A stretch of DNA of 63,511 nucleotides, counting the filler, from Klebsormidium nitens (taxonomy: Eukaryota > Plantae > Klebsormidiophyceae): the NCBI GenBank assembly GCA_000708835.1. It is 5 parts of 5 records of this genome, joined end to end, with 100 filler letters (N's around TTAATTAATTAA, not from the genome) between each part and the next. Parts side by side here need not be neighbours in the genome. Positions count along the whole stretch, not along the records: positions 6,366 to 30,124 come from DF237876.1; 4 more parts are not named here. The stretch is one strand, 5' to 3'. This document shows positions 11,080 through 24,749 of this stretch, in pieces. Position 1 is the stretch's first letter; every line of letters begins with the position of its first letter. Both the position numbers and the translations under genes were made by a program. Under the pieces are notes generated by a model. It saw only the letters and a list, made by a program, of their open reading frames with translations. It ran no database searches and was not told the DNA's origin.

Positions 11080-14000
11080 TTCCTCTATTCTAAAGGAGAC
11101 CCAAAACCTTCGCCGGGCCCTTTGCAAATCACATTGTCATCGAAACGGGTCAGTTCACAGCCAAAAATGAGGCAAGCCTGCAACAGACATTCAATAAAGG
11201 TTCGCGCGGCAAAGAACTGAAGCTGCCTTCGAATGCTTTGGCTCTATGCACTAGCCACGCTTCCAGACCAACCAATCTAACATGGGCTTCGAGTTTTCCT
11301 GACTGCGGCCGCTAGTCGCGAAAGCGTCACAGTCGTACGCGTGACAATCACGTTTCAAGACGTACAGAACTCCTGTGACACGCGCCTCCGGGTTTTTCCA
11401 GGCAAGGCCTACGCCCAAACTAAAGTTGCCTCGCGCCGGCGCGGCCGTGGCGCCGCTGCATTGGTTGCGCGGCGCCCACAACTTCTACCCGCGCCGCGGC
11501 CGCACCACGCGGCCAACCGCGCGTTTCCAGTGGGCACGCGCCGCGCCGAGTGGATTGAATGGCCGAGCCATTATGTCTGTTGCCAAGCAACCGCGCTCGG
11601 CGGGCGGCCGGGCCGCTCACAGTATCAGCTGCGCGAACCAGTTAACTGCACTTTCAATGCCTTTCATCAACTGAGGGCGAGCCAGTATCACGTAAGTGAC
11701 TTTCGTGGTTACGGAGCTTTCAGATAAATACCCGTTGGTATACGATCTTTTCTGTCCGCTTGGTCAGCCCGAAAGAGTAGAAGGAATCCATAGAAGTTCC
11801 CTTCCGAAGCCGTCGTACTTATGTGACGTGTTGGCGTGTAATTCGGATTGCCCCCAAATGGTTCTCTGGATGCCACCACTGCTGTGGTACAGTACTTGAG
11901 AACAAGTTGGCAGATTTCTTCGCACCAAAATCGGGTCTCCTAAGCTATTAAAACACCGAGTGAGCGCAACGGAGACAATTGCATCTCGGCTCAGATGATG
12001 GGTCCACTGAATCCTGCTGCTGACGCCTGTTCAACACCAAGCGCAAATTGGTCATAGCCGAGGCGATGTACCGCGCAAAATAAAAAATTAGGCTTTCATT
12101 TCAAGGCGAATGAAGGCAGTTGTAGAGTCAATAGATCACGTTAACAGATCTGGCATCCGAGTCACAAAATGTCAAAACTGCAGTGGGTTTGCAAATTCGG
12201 GTGTGCGTATCTTCACCGCCAGATCGGAGTGAGTGCCAACAAGCAAGCGAGGTCGGTCCAAAAAGTGTCGCAAACATGTCACTTCTGCTTCGAAAGTTTG
12301 CCTTATAAGCAGGAAATGCTTACCTGCCTCATTAAGAGCGTTTGCTTTTCGGGAACAAAGTTGAACACGACAGCGCGAGAAAGCTCGTCAGGTCCAAGAG
12401 TGCAGTAAGTTCGTAACCCAATCCAAGCAGGACCGGCGCCCAGTTCCTTGAGTGCAAACTGTGCAAGATGTAGCTACGATTCCCTGTCAAGTCCGAACAT
12501 CTCAGGGCACGCTTAAGACATTCAACCAGCCCATTGGCGTCCAAAGATCGTTGAAAGGTGGTGTGATCACAGCGTGCTTGGCCTTGCTAAATGAGGGTAA
12601 TTTTTGGTCCGATCCTGATCCATGTGTTCTGAATCCGTCCGGAAGGAAAGGAAGCGAGGAAACATTGGGCAGTGACTGAAGTTGGTCCCGGACGTTAAAC
12701 ATGTCAAAAGGCGTTGGGCGCGTGTTAATTTGGGACGTACTTATTGGCGCTTCAACTGATATTGGACAATTCCAATTTTGACTGGAGACCATGGGTCCCC
12801 AGCATCGCCTGTAACTTCTTTCAAGTCATGAGCTGCAAACGACATCTCATTTCAGGATTCTATCTGTTCCGTTTTGAAGAGCAAACGTCTCTTCTTTTAA
12901 CGTGCCTTGCCCGCAAGCGACCTATTCTGCACGCCGAAGTGTCTGCAGACAAAAAGGCTGATTAAGTAAACATGTCATTCTCAATTCGAACCGAAACACG
13001 TACAACCTTCTGGTGGTCAAGTCCTGGTTTACATAGTACACCACACATACATCTTCCAGTGTCAAAGGCCCAATCAATGTTGAAGTGAGGCGAAGCATCG
13101 ACGCCCCCACAGACGTCACACTTGCAAAGCAGAGTGACGCCCTCGCTTTTGAATGCCGTGTCCGCCAGTCGAGGGAGGTCGAAAGTAAAGGCGACCTCGT
13201 GCCTTCAACATCCAGAATCTAAAAAGGCTCAACACTTGCACTACGCCCGTCATTGCAGACGTCGTTGCGGAACTCTCACAGGACACGATGAGTCTTGTGG
13301 GATCAGGTGTAACATCCTTAGCCTCATCACTGAGTCTGTAAATGTTCAGCGCCGGATCTGCCTAATTCTCGGCACGTATATTCTCTTGCAAGGACCCGCT
13401 CAAGAACGTCGACCAAAGATTGGCAAGGCGTCTTTTTCCACAACCAGGCTTCGGAAAGTGCTAGCAATTTCATGGTTCAAATGTGCTTCATATGTGCTCC
13501 GGACGGGAGAAAGTAAGGTAGACGGATTGCTTGGCCAAACTTCGAGCGATTGTCCGACGTAGAACTTGCTCAACCGCTTCAGCCAGTGGAACTACCTATG
13601 AGGATTGAGTCTTCAATTGGGTACGTGAGCGGTATGATCATGAGCCACAAGTGCATAAAACCTATGCAGCCGGAGACCAGACGGGAGAGACGAACGCTTA
13701 CTGTGACTGGCCTTGCCCGGATTCAGATCGAAGATGACCAAATCTCACGCTATTCAAGTGAAAGCTGATCATTTTTGGCTCTAAGACGCCTCAGAAACGT
13801 CCGTCGAACGCAAACTTCTGGTGGCGCTTCGAAAGTAGCCCAGTCGTGCAGAACAGATAGCACAACGCCGCCAGGAAGAATACGCAAAAGACGCCTCGAA
13901 TGAAAAGCTTTGGCTTTGCAGCGAGAAGCCCAGGGAGAGCGTGTTCAAAGCTGAGCACGAATTGCGTGCTGCCGTGCGTCTAGCGTCCGCTCAATTCTGA

Positions 14001-15725
14001 GCCGGGACAACCCCTCTTCATTCTTTTCTACGATAGTGGCCGTTTTCTCGATCATGGAGCCTCTCTTGTCAATCCATACGGTCTGTGGCATCATGGTGCG
14101 TAAAGAGAACCCCAGATAATGGCAAGTGGCTGCCATCAACGTCACGCATCTTTCTCCTAGCCGCCGACTAATTTTGGCTAGTTTTAAATCTAACCAAGTC
14201 CAAACCCGGCCGGGCCCACACTCAGAAAGGAAGGGCTTGCGGTAATCAATCAACTGTGTTGATTTTGACAGGTTTTTGACAAGCATCAAACCCCTGCGCG
14301 CGCGCATGTGGGATCTGAGTGCTCGAGCTCATGGGCTCTGCAAGCGTTCAGCAGTAAGCACGGCGGAGCGCGGCCGAGCACGCGGCCGCCTACATGCTCT
14401 GCGCTCCTGAATGTGCGCGCATATTGTGTAACTGTCAACGAGAAGCAGTTCGAGGGGCTGTCAAAAGCTAGAAGTTGCAGCAGTACGAGGTCCAAACCCT
14501 TTAGGATGGTAAACGCATCTGAATGTGTGATGCTTTCAAAATCGTTTTTGCGGTGCAGCCGACGGGGGAGGAACACCCGAGAAAATTGCACAGCTGCACG
14601 TTAGATAAAATCATGTAGTAGAGGCATATATGCAGATGTTCGAGTGACGAATCAGATGCTAGCCAAGGCAATAACATGCAGTCTCGGCTCATGTAACAAA
14701 GAGAGATTGCCATAATTGGCGTCTCATGCAATACTGAGACGTCGTCCGCGCATCTGTCATAGCCAGAATCATACTTCAATAGGAAGAAGACGGACCGACG
14801 ACCAAACCTGGATTCGGAAAAGAACAGCGCCTCCAAATCTTCCTTTAAGATCTGCAAACCGCAAAAGATGATGTGCAGATTATCGCAAAGACGACCGCGG
14901 AATATAAATGCAGATTTAATGTTTGGCATCAGACGGACTCGTGGGCCAGAGAATGGGTCCTTCTCAAAGATCCCGACGTATCAAGTGGCGTCACTGCCAG
15001 ACCTACGAGCGCCAGCACTCAGGCAATCTGTGTCGTATCTTTGGACCTTGCAAGCCAAAGACACGACTTCAAAAACGGGAGTTTGCTAAAGCGCGCTCCG
15101 ACCTGGGGAATTATTACGGCCGATCGAATGGCTGTGAGCACGCCAAGACCGCTCTGTACAAACAGATTCGAAAGTGCTCAAGGCAATGGCTACATACTCG
15201 GGAACTCTTCAGGGGCCATCCTGTAAAATATCATCAACCAGAAATACTAGTGGGTCTAGACTTCCACCGCCCACTAGCAGCCTCATCATGCCAAAATTTT
15301 AAAGACATGCAAGCAATGGCCTCTAAGGTCTTGGAAGATATCACCTTTTCCAGAACGAAGGATGACGTATGATTAACCGCAGCTTCTGCAAAGATCAAAG
15401 CGATAAGAAACCCAACAGTTCGCTTCATTTCGAACAAAACATTGCTGTCACTGACTGACATAAAAATCGAAGCTTTCGAATACGCTTTGTCTTTTAGTGC
15501 AGAAATTTTTCCACTCGGCATGCGCACCAGCCAAACATCAGCTTGGCAAACGGCTTGCCAAAGCTCAACTGCACTCTGTTATAGCCGCCACATTTTATCG
15601 TCTTGGCTTTCCGGGAACCACATCTGACGCGGCTGGTTCAAGAAATAAGACGGATATAAAGAGTCAAATCAAAGTTCCTGGCCTCAGATAGATAAAGATA
15701 GATACACTTGGAGCGCCAGATGTAA
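11080..15725. repeat. Degenerate ~4.6 kb tandem unit, family A, copy 1
   Basis: Collinear anchors with copy 2: 11107/15752, 11689/16325, 13117/17725, 15543/20175 (offsets 4608-4645). Confidence 0.85.
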
Positions 15726-15729
15726 CAAA

Positions 15730-18700
15730 AACTCCATCCTAGAGAGCAAACCCTTCGCCGGGCCCTTCGCAGATCATTTGTCAGCGAAGAGAGTTTCACA
15801 GTCAATAAGCGAAGGCAAGCCTGCCGAAACATCTGGGAAAGGTTTGCGAGCCAAAGGCGTGAAGCTGCCTTCGAATCTGTTCGCTTCAAGCAAGCCACGC
15901 GTCCATACAGATGGGCGTCGAAATTTGCCCCGACGACAGCCGCTTGTCGCGAGAGCGTTGATAAGTACCTTTCCGGACTACGACGTACAGGATTTTGTAA
16001 CAAGTGCCTCCGGGTTTGTCCATGCAAGGCCTACGCCAAATCCACAAGTGCTTCGCGCCGGCCTCTGCCGCGGCGCCGTTGCATTGGTTGCGCGGCCGCC
16101 CACAACTCCTACCGCCGCGGCAGGGCCGCGGCCGACCGCGCCTTCTCAGCGCGCGCGCGCCGCGAGGTACTTGGGCCATGGAAGCTGAGCGGCGCAATAA
16201 ATCAAAGGTCCGAGCCATTCTCAGGCGCCAAGCAAGTGTACTCGGCGCGCGGCCGCCCACAGTATCAGCCGCGGGAATAGGGTTACCACACCAATACTGC
16301 CTTTCATCAAGAGCGAGCCAGTGTCACGTAGGTGACTTTCGTGGTTACGAAGATTTTGAAGACCCGTTGGTAAGCGATATCTTCTGTCCGTTCGGACAGC
16401 CCAAAAGTGCAGAAGGAAGTCTTACTTCCCTTTGGTGGCCGTCGTACTTCGTATGGATAATTGCAGATGCCGTACAAATGTATGCCCAAGTCACTGCTGT
16501 AGTACAACTGAGAACACATTGACATAGAATTCGTACGGCATAGTTAGGGGTTTCCTAAGCCTATTTGCCTCTAATGAGTACACGGAGAAGCACTGCAATA
16601 GTCGGAGACAACGTACTGCATCTCGGCTCTCGCAGATGCCTGTCGACGCCAGTTTAACATCAATCGCAGTGTCGTCCTAGCCGAGAGATTTGCACCGCGC
16701 AAAATCAAACGCTAGTCTTTCAAGGCGAATCAAACAGTAGTAATTTAAATAACGAAAGTAACACCTCTGGCATCCGAAGCACAAAACAAATTTGCAGTGG
16801 GTTTGCAAACGCGGGTGGGCGTATCTTCGCCGCCAGATCTGGATGAGTGCCATTGCAGCAAACGAAGTCGGTCCAACAATTCATGAAACATGCTGCCTTC
16901 GCAAAGAATATCTGTATTACAAGCTAAGCAGCCGGAGATTCATATCTGCCTCATTAGGAACGTTCTTGTTTTGGAATCGAGTTGCTCACGATAGTGTGAG
17001 AAAGCTTGTCAGGATTCAAAGCTTTGTAAGCCATTTCAAGAAGCACTTGCCCGAATCTTTGCATGCAGACATGTGCCATATGTAGCTGCGAGCTCCGGTC
17101 AGATCCGAAGTTCTTCAGGCACGCTATCGAGTCGCAAGCAGGCCATCGGCGTTGCAGATTGTGAAAAGTAATTTAATCACGGCTGCGTACTCGACCTCGC
17201 AAAATAGGAGCGAGTCTTCGTGATCCTGGGCCAGATAGAAGGTTCTGATTACATAAGGAAGCGAGGAAAGAACTTCTCAATTATTGGCCATAGTCAATTG
17301 TTAAGAATGCATTAAGCGTCAAACGGGTGTCTTCCAATCGTCATGCGCTTCCACTAGTGGATCCAATGGATTAGCGGATGTCATTGAGGACCGAGTCCCC
17401 AGCATCGCTTGTGTTGTTTAGATCATGAGATGTAAAATTTCATGCGAGCATTCCATCCTTCCGTTTTAAAGAGCAAACGCCTTCTTCTTTGGCATGCCCT
17501 GAACGGAAGCGACCTAGACTGCACGCTCTGTGAGCACCGTAAGTGGCTGTATAAGTATAAGCTTTCAAAGCAGAAACGTCCTTCTTGATCAAAAGGGTAA
17601 ACGTAAACCAGTTGGTACTCTAAAAACACCTAGTCGTGAGACTATTACAGCCCACATCCAAGTCTGATTGTCAAAGGCCCACCGAAAATTGAGAAAAGGA
17701 GAAGCATCGAAGCCCCAGAAACGTCACACTTGCAAAGCAGAGCGACGCCCTCGCTTTCAATTCCCGTGTCCGGGTCGAGGGAGGTCGAAAGGGGGCCTCG
17801 TGCCTTAAATGCTTGGAATGATGATTGGCATCAACTGCACTACGTCTTCAACAACCGAGGACAGCCCAGCCCGTCAGTGACTACACGCAAGAATTTTAGA
17901 AGATATGCAGACCTTGTGGAATCTTGTATGTCACATTCTTAGCCTCATCTCTGACTCTCTATTGTCCCGCGCCGGGTCCACTAGATGAAAGGAAACGTAT
18001 ATACCACTGCAAGTAGCCGTTTAAGATCGTCGACCAAGAACTCTGCAGGTATTTTCCACTACCAGGCCTCGACAAGAGCTAGCAGATTTATGATGTAGAC
18101 GTTCCTCACCTGTGCGCCTCCGGACGAAATTAGTGTAGACGGACGATATTTGCAGCTTGGTAGATGCTGGGCGATTGTGATGCTTGGGCATTGAAAGTGT
18201 GCTTAGCACTTGACCAGCGCTTCAAGCGGCGCATGAGAAACCACATCTGAGGATCGAGTCCTCAGCGTTCGTGAGTGGCCATGAGCAACATTTGCATGAC
18301 ACCTATGCAAAAGAAGAACAGATGGAGGGGACAACATCTTGCTTTAAATGGCCTTGCACGGACTCAAATCGCGAAGACAACAGAAGCTGTGCTTGAACGC
18401 GGAGCTGCGTTTTGGTTCTAGAACGCCGCAAAATTCTTGTGGCGGTGTAACATGAATCCGTTTTGCATGTTGTGCAGAACAGATAGCAAAAAGCCGCCAG
18501 CGGAAAAGGCGAACGAAGCTTCGAAAAGGAAGAATTGGCTTTGCAGTGCAAAGCCCAGAGAGCGCGCGCTCAAAGCTGAGCACAGACTGCGTGCTTCCGT
18601 GCGCTAAGCGCGGTCGATTCCTAGCCGGAACAATCCAGCTTCAATTCTTTTGGAGATATTTTCCCTACATACCGGCCGCTTAATTTCTCGATCATGGAGC

Positions 18701-20370
18701 CTCTCTTGTCGAATTCGTCTCGTCTGCGGCATCATGATGCGCAACCGCTACACTGCAATACCAGTGGCAACCCGGCTGCCATTAACGTCACGCATCTTTT
18801 CACAGCCGCTAGCTACTAGCTAACTCTCTTTGCTGTCTACGCTTCTACAATTTCTTTGAGTTTAACCAAGCCCAAATCCAGACCCCAAAAACAGAGGCTT
18901 GCAGATGTTCGATCGACTGTGCATAAGAATCAGCAAGAAAACGAAAACTTTGCGCGCACGCACATAGAAATTGGAATAGTTGCGCGAGCTTATGCTCCGA
19001 GAATCGCTGCGTCCAGCAATAAGCACGGCCGAGCACGGCCGAGCATGCACACGACCGCCTACATGCTCTGCCTTCTTAAATGTGCGCGGATATTTTGTTT
19101 TTATTCCGTCAGTAAGAAGCAATTCGAGGGGCTGCACTGCAGCCAGATAGAACCTGCAGCACCGCGTGTTCCCAAAGGTACTTGAAAGCGTGATCCACTG
19201 GAATCCATTTACTCAGCCGGTGCAGATCGGCGGGCCAAAAAAAGCCAGGAAAACATCAGAGCTCGTCACAAGAAACCCACGTACTAAACGAATCTTTGCA
19301 GATCCTCGAGTGATAATACAGATGCTGCCAAGGCACTTGTACATAAAAAGCAGTCTCGGCTCATGGAACACGTAGGGATGCCCGTAAATGGCGTCTCACG
19401 CAATGAAACGTCGTCCGCTTATATTCATGGCCAGAAGCATACACAAAGGCAAGGGCGTACTGACGACCGACTTTATACTTTGAATATAACAACCGCGCCT
19501 CCAAAGCTTTTGGAAAGATGTGCAGACCGCAAACGATGATCTTGTGCAGTTTACCACCGAAGATGACTGCTAGATGTCTAGCATCCGGCCAACTCCAAGG
19601 CCAGACCATGGGTCCTTCTCAAGAGCCCGTGTCAAGCGGTGTCTCGTCCCTGAGCCAGAACTATGAGCGCCAGCACCCAAGCAAGGTCCGAAATCACGAC
19701 TCCAAAAACCTTGGTTTGCCATAGCCCGCTCCGACCTAAGAACATGTTTCTTTCAAGACCAACCTGGTTGTGAGCACGCCAAGGGCGCCGCTCCAGTCAA
19801 ACAGATCGGAAAGTGCTCAGGAGCGATGGCTTCATGTTTGGGGTTTGTCGGGGCTCAATATCTGAGAGACTATCAACCGGAAACACTAAAAGGTCTAGAC
19901 GTTTACCGCCCACTAGCAGCCTCATAAAGCCAAAGTTGAAAGCAACGGCCTCTAAGCGCATGTCAGATGTCTCCTATTCCATGGCCAAGTATGACGCACC
20001 ATCAAACGGGCACCAAACTCAGCTTCTGCAGACATCAGAAGCGATGAAATACCCAGATATCTATTAAGTACTTTAAGCAGAAACTTTTGGTGAATTTCTG
20101 ACTAACAGCCCTTGGGATTTCGGATCTGCTTGTTCTGTTAGTCTCGATTCGGCTTCAGAATTAACAACCAAGCTTTGGCAAACGGCTTGCCAGAGCTCTA
20201 CTGCCCGTTTTTCATAGCCGTCATATTTTATCGTTTCGCTTTTCCATGAGCCAAATCCGACGGCTAGGTCAAGAACTAAGACGGACCGTCTAGTTTAAAC
20301 GAACAAAGCATCCCAGGCTGGCCTTATATAGATACAGATAGTCACAGTTGGCCGAGTGCGAGATGTAGGG
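15730..20370. repeat. Degenerate ~4.6 kb tandem unit, family A, copy 2
   Basis: Collinear with 11080-15725 over its whole length, with many substitutions and indels; no long ORF. Confidence 0.85.
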
Positions 20371-20749
20371 CGGTTCAAGAGATTCCTTGCAAGCACGTAA
20401 GGATTGACCCGGGAGATCAACAAGCTGTTGCGTAGACACCACCTAGTAAGGTTCCGAATTTGGAAAGCAGCAGGACAGACTTCCCGTGTTTGCCGCCTCT
20501 TTTTAGATACGTATACGTCGAAAGTTGAAATGAGTAAGAGCGGCTTTTCAAGGTCACTTCTTTCTTTCAAGATGAATCTGGGACTCGTCGCTCAGACTGT
20601 CTTGCTTAAAATAGTTTACAGGCGCAGCCCAGCAGAGCAAGAGACGACCTAACCTTGTAGAAAGACAGAAAATAGAGCTAGCTAAGGTTCAATTCACTGA
20701 AAAGAATGTTCGGTTTGGAAAAAAACGGATTCATTTCAGCGATCTCGTG

Positions 20750-23700
20750 AATTGAAGACTTTCTAAGAGACACGTTCGGTTAACATTGCTAGTGAGCTTT
20801 GGCCTTCGGTGGACACAAATGAGCGCAGTGGCCGGGAAGTGGTCAGTAGCTCGTGGCTTCGTCACAGCCAGTCGTCGGACTCTCCACAAAAGACGTGTGG
20901 ATGATAAACTAGTAACATCTCGAGGAGCTCTCCTCATTCGCAGCAAGTGCTAGTCCCTTTGAGGGGAAAGGGGTCTTGCAAAGGGACCACATATCAACAT
21001 CCGTCTTAACACTGCTCTCCGACCAACAGTTGCGAGGAGAGGAAGGGGGAACGATATTTCGAAGAGAGCAGGGATTGCACATCCAGAGACGATCGAGAAT
21101 AGAAGCAAAGTCTTGGGTGACGGATCGGATGCTGCCAATGGCACAATTGCAGAGTCGGCTCACAGAACAGTGTTGTTCTGAATCTGGCGTCTCTATGAGA
21201 CACTGTGGCCACGTTCCAAAAAGGCGGGTCGGCTTCTGCTTCGGTCCCTTCGGATTCATGTGGCAGAGGACACTGCCACAAACGTATGCATCCTAGCCTT
21301 CCGACTGCTTGGCGAGTAACACAACATCCTCTTCGACGAGTGTCAAACCATATTAATATAAGCAAACTCGCACTCGTCGCGTCACAGGTAACAGGGCTGC
21401 CGTAAGCACTCCAGCAAAAAGCAGACCTGTAGCACCGCATCTCCCATGAAATTCAGGCGGACTTTCAGGGGGAACGCACCCAAGTCGCGACACGCGAAAG
21501 CCACCAGATAAAGAGGGGGAAGAGCCCGGGCAGACAAGCGAGAGAATGACTTCGTCAAGAGAAAATCCGATGGATGGTCTGCATATCCGCCACTGAAACA
21601 AATCCATGAGCGAATGAGTGCGTTTTTAGAACACCCTGCTGACGTCACCTGTTCCGGCTACGTCACAACCCGTCTGCGCTTCGAGAAGCGGGTACGTGAT
21701 GCGCACGTGAGAGAATAGCATCACAGACTCCTAGATACCGTTTGATTTCGGCAAGACTGCGACGCTCTTCAAAAAATGGATGCACCGAACATAACATGAA
21801 TGACGCAGCCTTGGCTTCGAACTGGGCGGAATACCATCCATCTCTACATGAAGAAAGTTGTCCTGTTGGAACTACAGGTCGCCAGCGAAACTTCGTCACA
21901 GCCACCTTGCTGCCAGACGTTTCTAACAAAGACGTGCGTCTTATTGCCGCATCCGCATCTTGTTGACGGGGATTGGTTTCAATCGGAGCCAGTCGCCATC
22001 AAATGGCCGACGGCCGGCAAAAGGAAGAGGCTGAAAGACAGAGCGAGAGCTAACTCCAAGTTGGTTCGGAACTCAAACAGCGTTGCCGCAAACACACACG
22101 TAGAGCAGGAGAGTCCTCTGTGCAACTTCGTGAGAGCAAATGAAATGTTTCTCAGAGATATCATGGGACCTCGAATCCTGCAAGAAAGGCGTCCGGTTCA
22201 ACAGCGGCGTCCACGGCAAAATGTCTCTGCCAGACCAGCCTGTTTTCGTCAAAGCCAGAGGAATATGCGAGGTGCCCAAATATCCTCACATGTAGTGATT
22301 GTCACGCTCAGTGATCGAGCCAAGCAAACAGGAAAGGCTGCGACTCAAAATCAGCCCGAGCAAAACAAAAGGGCTTTCTGAAGCCGCAGCTAAAGCGTAG
22401 ACCATGTCGCAGAATAGCACGCTGTCTGAAAAGTTGGGCATCTAAAAGTGCCCAATATTGGGAAGGCACGATGCGTGCATCAGCGTTAGTAGTTGCTTCA
22501 TTATATCGCGTCTCTTGAATTATTTTATCAAATTGAGAGTATGGGAAACGTCAGAAAAGCAGGGGGGGACGATATCGATGTCTCCCAACTGAAGCCTGGC
22601 ATTGTTTAAAGCTAATGTCAACCACATCACAGAGGCCGTCCAGTTTTTCAAGTTTGACGTTTTCGTCACAAATGAAAGCCCTTTTAAATGGTGTGCTGTG
22701 GACGCCCGTAGTGAGATCTCTCCTTCTATTGCTATGTTGAAGCGCACTTCTTTGAAACAGGGCCTAACAAATGACATCATAGATTACACGGTTTAGTTGT
22801 ACAGCAGGAGATGCTCATGTCAAGATTGCGCGGCGCTTGGACGCCATCAACAGCTTATGAAACTTCAAAACAAGCTGAGAAGTGTGAAAAGCGTCAGAGA
22901 CGAGTCCGATCATTCGTTCGGAAAAGCAAGGGATCTCGACAGCGCTTGATAGAATTGCAAAACACTCTTACGTATTGGCATCAGTTGGTAGATCTTTCTG
23001 ACTCCGCAAGTGGCGAAGATGATTGCCATCAACTGGATGAGATCATGGCCGCTAGCGCCGGCGAACGTACATTTTCCTATCATCGCGCGTACGAGTTTGG
23101 AATAACGGACGTGACTGTAAAGCTCATATAGAAGAAAGCAGAAGCGCCCCACGGAATGGGCATCGCATGTATGTCCTTCAAAAGATACTTCGCATAAAGC
23201 TTAAGTGCTCGATACATACGTGTCAAAAAAAATCTGGCTGCGGGGCAGAAAAGGACGCCTCATCTCCTGTCCATGAGTGCAGGGCTGGGAAGCCTGGCGA
23301 GGTCTTAACTGGGCAGCACCGACAGGCAATTGCATGAGAGGTCGTATGCAGACGTACCATTAAACCCTAAACAATTGAGCCCGTCAATGCGTATCCGCGT
23401 TTTGATGTTGCCCTTGAAAGCGCTAGCATAAGGCGCCCAAATTTGAAAGAAACCCATGATACTGAGGGATCGTTCGGTTCAAAGAACAGAACTCAAGGGT
23501 TGTCAATCGTCCTCACAACTCCTAAACTCCTTAAAAGATATATATAACACTAGAGTAAATAACACTAACGGCGCAAAAAGCCAGTCAGTTTGACATTGGA
23601 ATGCAAGCTGGAAACTGGGCTGTTCTGTCAAGCATATCCAGTATGAAATGAAGAATCACAATGCGGCCTACGAAGTGGACGTACACATCAAGCTGTAAGC

Positions 23701-24700
23701 TTTCGCCAATCAAACTCGGGCTAAGTGAGATAGCTTGGCTTCAAAAGTTACGCGCCACTGTTTTTGGCAGCGAGTCTGCCATCCGTAGGCTCGTATGTCC
23801 TTGCCACACGTGTCCTCCGCTGTCTGGTCGCCGAATCTTAACCTTCTTACCACTTGCACTTTCTCTTCGTAACGGCGCTGGGTCTCGTATCAGGCAAGTG
23901 CTGCCCAACCAATCACTCACTCGGCACGTGCTTTGATTCAAGTCGCACACGAAGTAAGCGGCCGGCTTATCAAAGCAATCCGAGTCCTGACTCCCGTGCC
24001 GCCCGCGGAAAGGGGTCCTTGAGTTATATTTTCAGACCGAAAGACGAAGAGGCCAATTATCTAGGACGAAAGGTATGCCAAGGGTTTAGAAAGGCCCAGG
24101 ACTGTAAGCATAGCACTTTGCTATAGCTGCTCTACATCTAGAGGAGATTAGATCAGGGGAGGGTAGGGAAACGCAACGGCTTGACAGTTTACTAGCTAGG
24201 TTTAATAGGTCTGCCGATCAGGGGCGGAAAACCAAAGTCTCAAAACGGAGAATTCTAGATGCTCAATTCAATGACATCATAGTGCTAGAGTCATCCCTGC
24301 CCTTGTGCACAAGATTTTTGGAAGGGACTCGATGTCAGGCCCACTTAATCTTGGGAGGGCCGGCTCGACCTGCTTTCGAGGCCATCAGAGTGCCCAAAGG
24401 TAGCTAGAGACAAGACTGAGTTGAGATTCACAGCCCAGATTTGAATCATTGTGGCCCGTGCCTTTCTTTGTTGTAGATCGAGTTGAGCGCTCTTTGATGC
24501 CAAAGCGATGACGTGGCTGTTGACATCAAGCGGCCCAGAGAAGATCTCGTTAGCTAGCAACCTTAAAGCCGGCTATTATGACAGCACAGCTGTCAGAGGC
24601 AATCACTAATCCGAGCCGATTTAAATCGGCGCTCTATCGAAGTCGAGCCGATCATTCACCGCAAAATAAGAAACTCAGAATGTCCTCGATATGTTTCTAA
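20750..24700. repeat. Degenerate ~3.9 kb unit, family B, copy 1
   Basis: 31-nt identity GACACTGCCACAAACGTATGCATCCTAGCCT at 21269/25193; TTCGTCACAGCCA at 21892/25785/27500; TGCAACTT at 22121/26009/27729. Boundaries approximate. Confidence 0.75.
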
Positions 24701-24749
24701 AAAAGAACTGAGCCTCCCTCACAATCACATCTCTTTCAAGGCCAGGATT

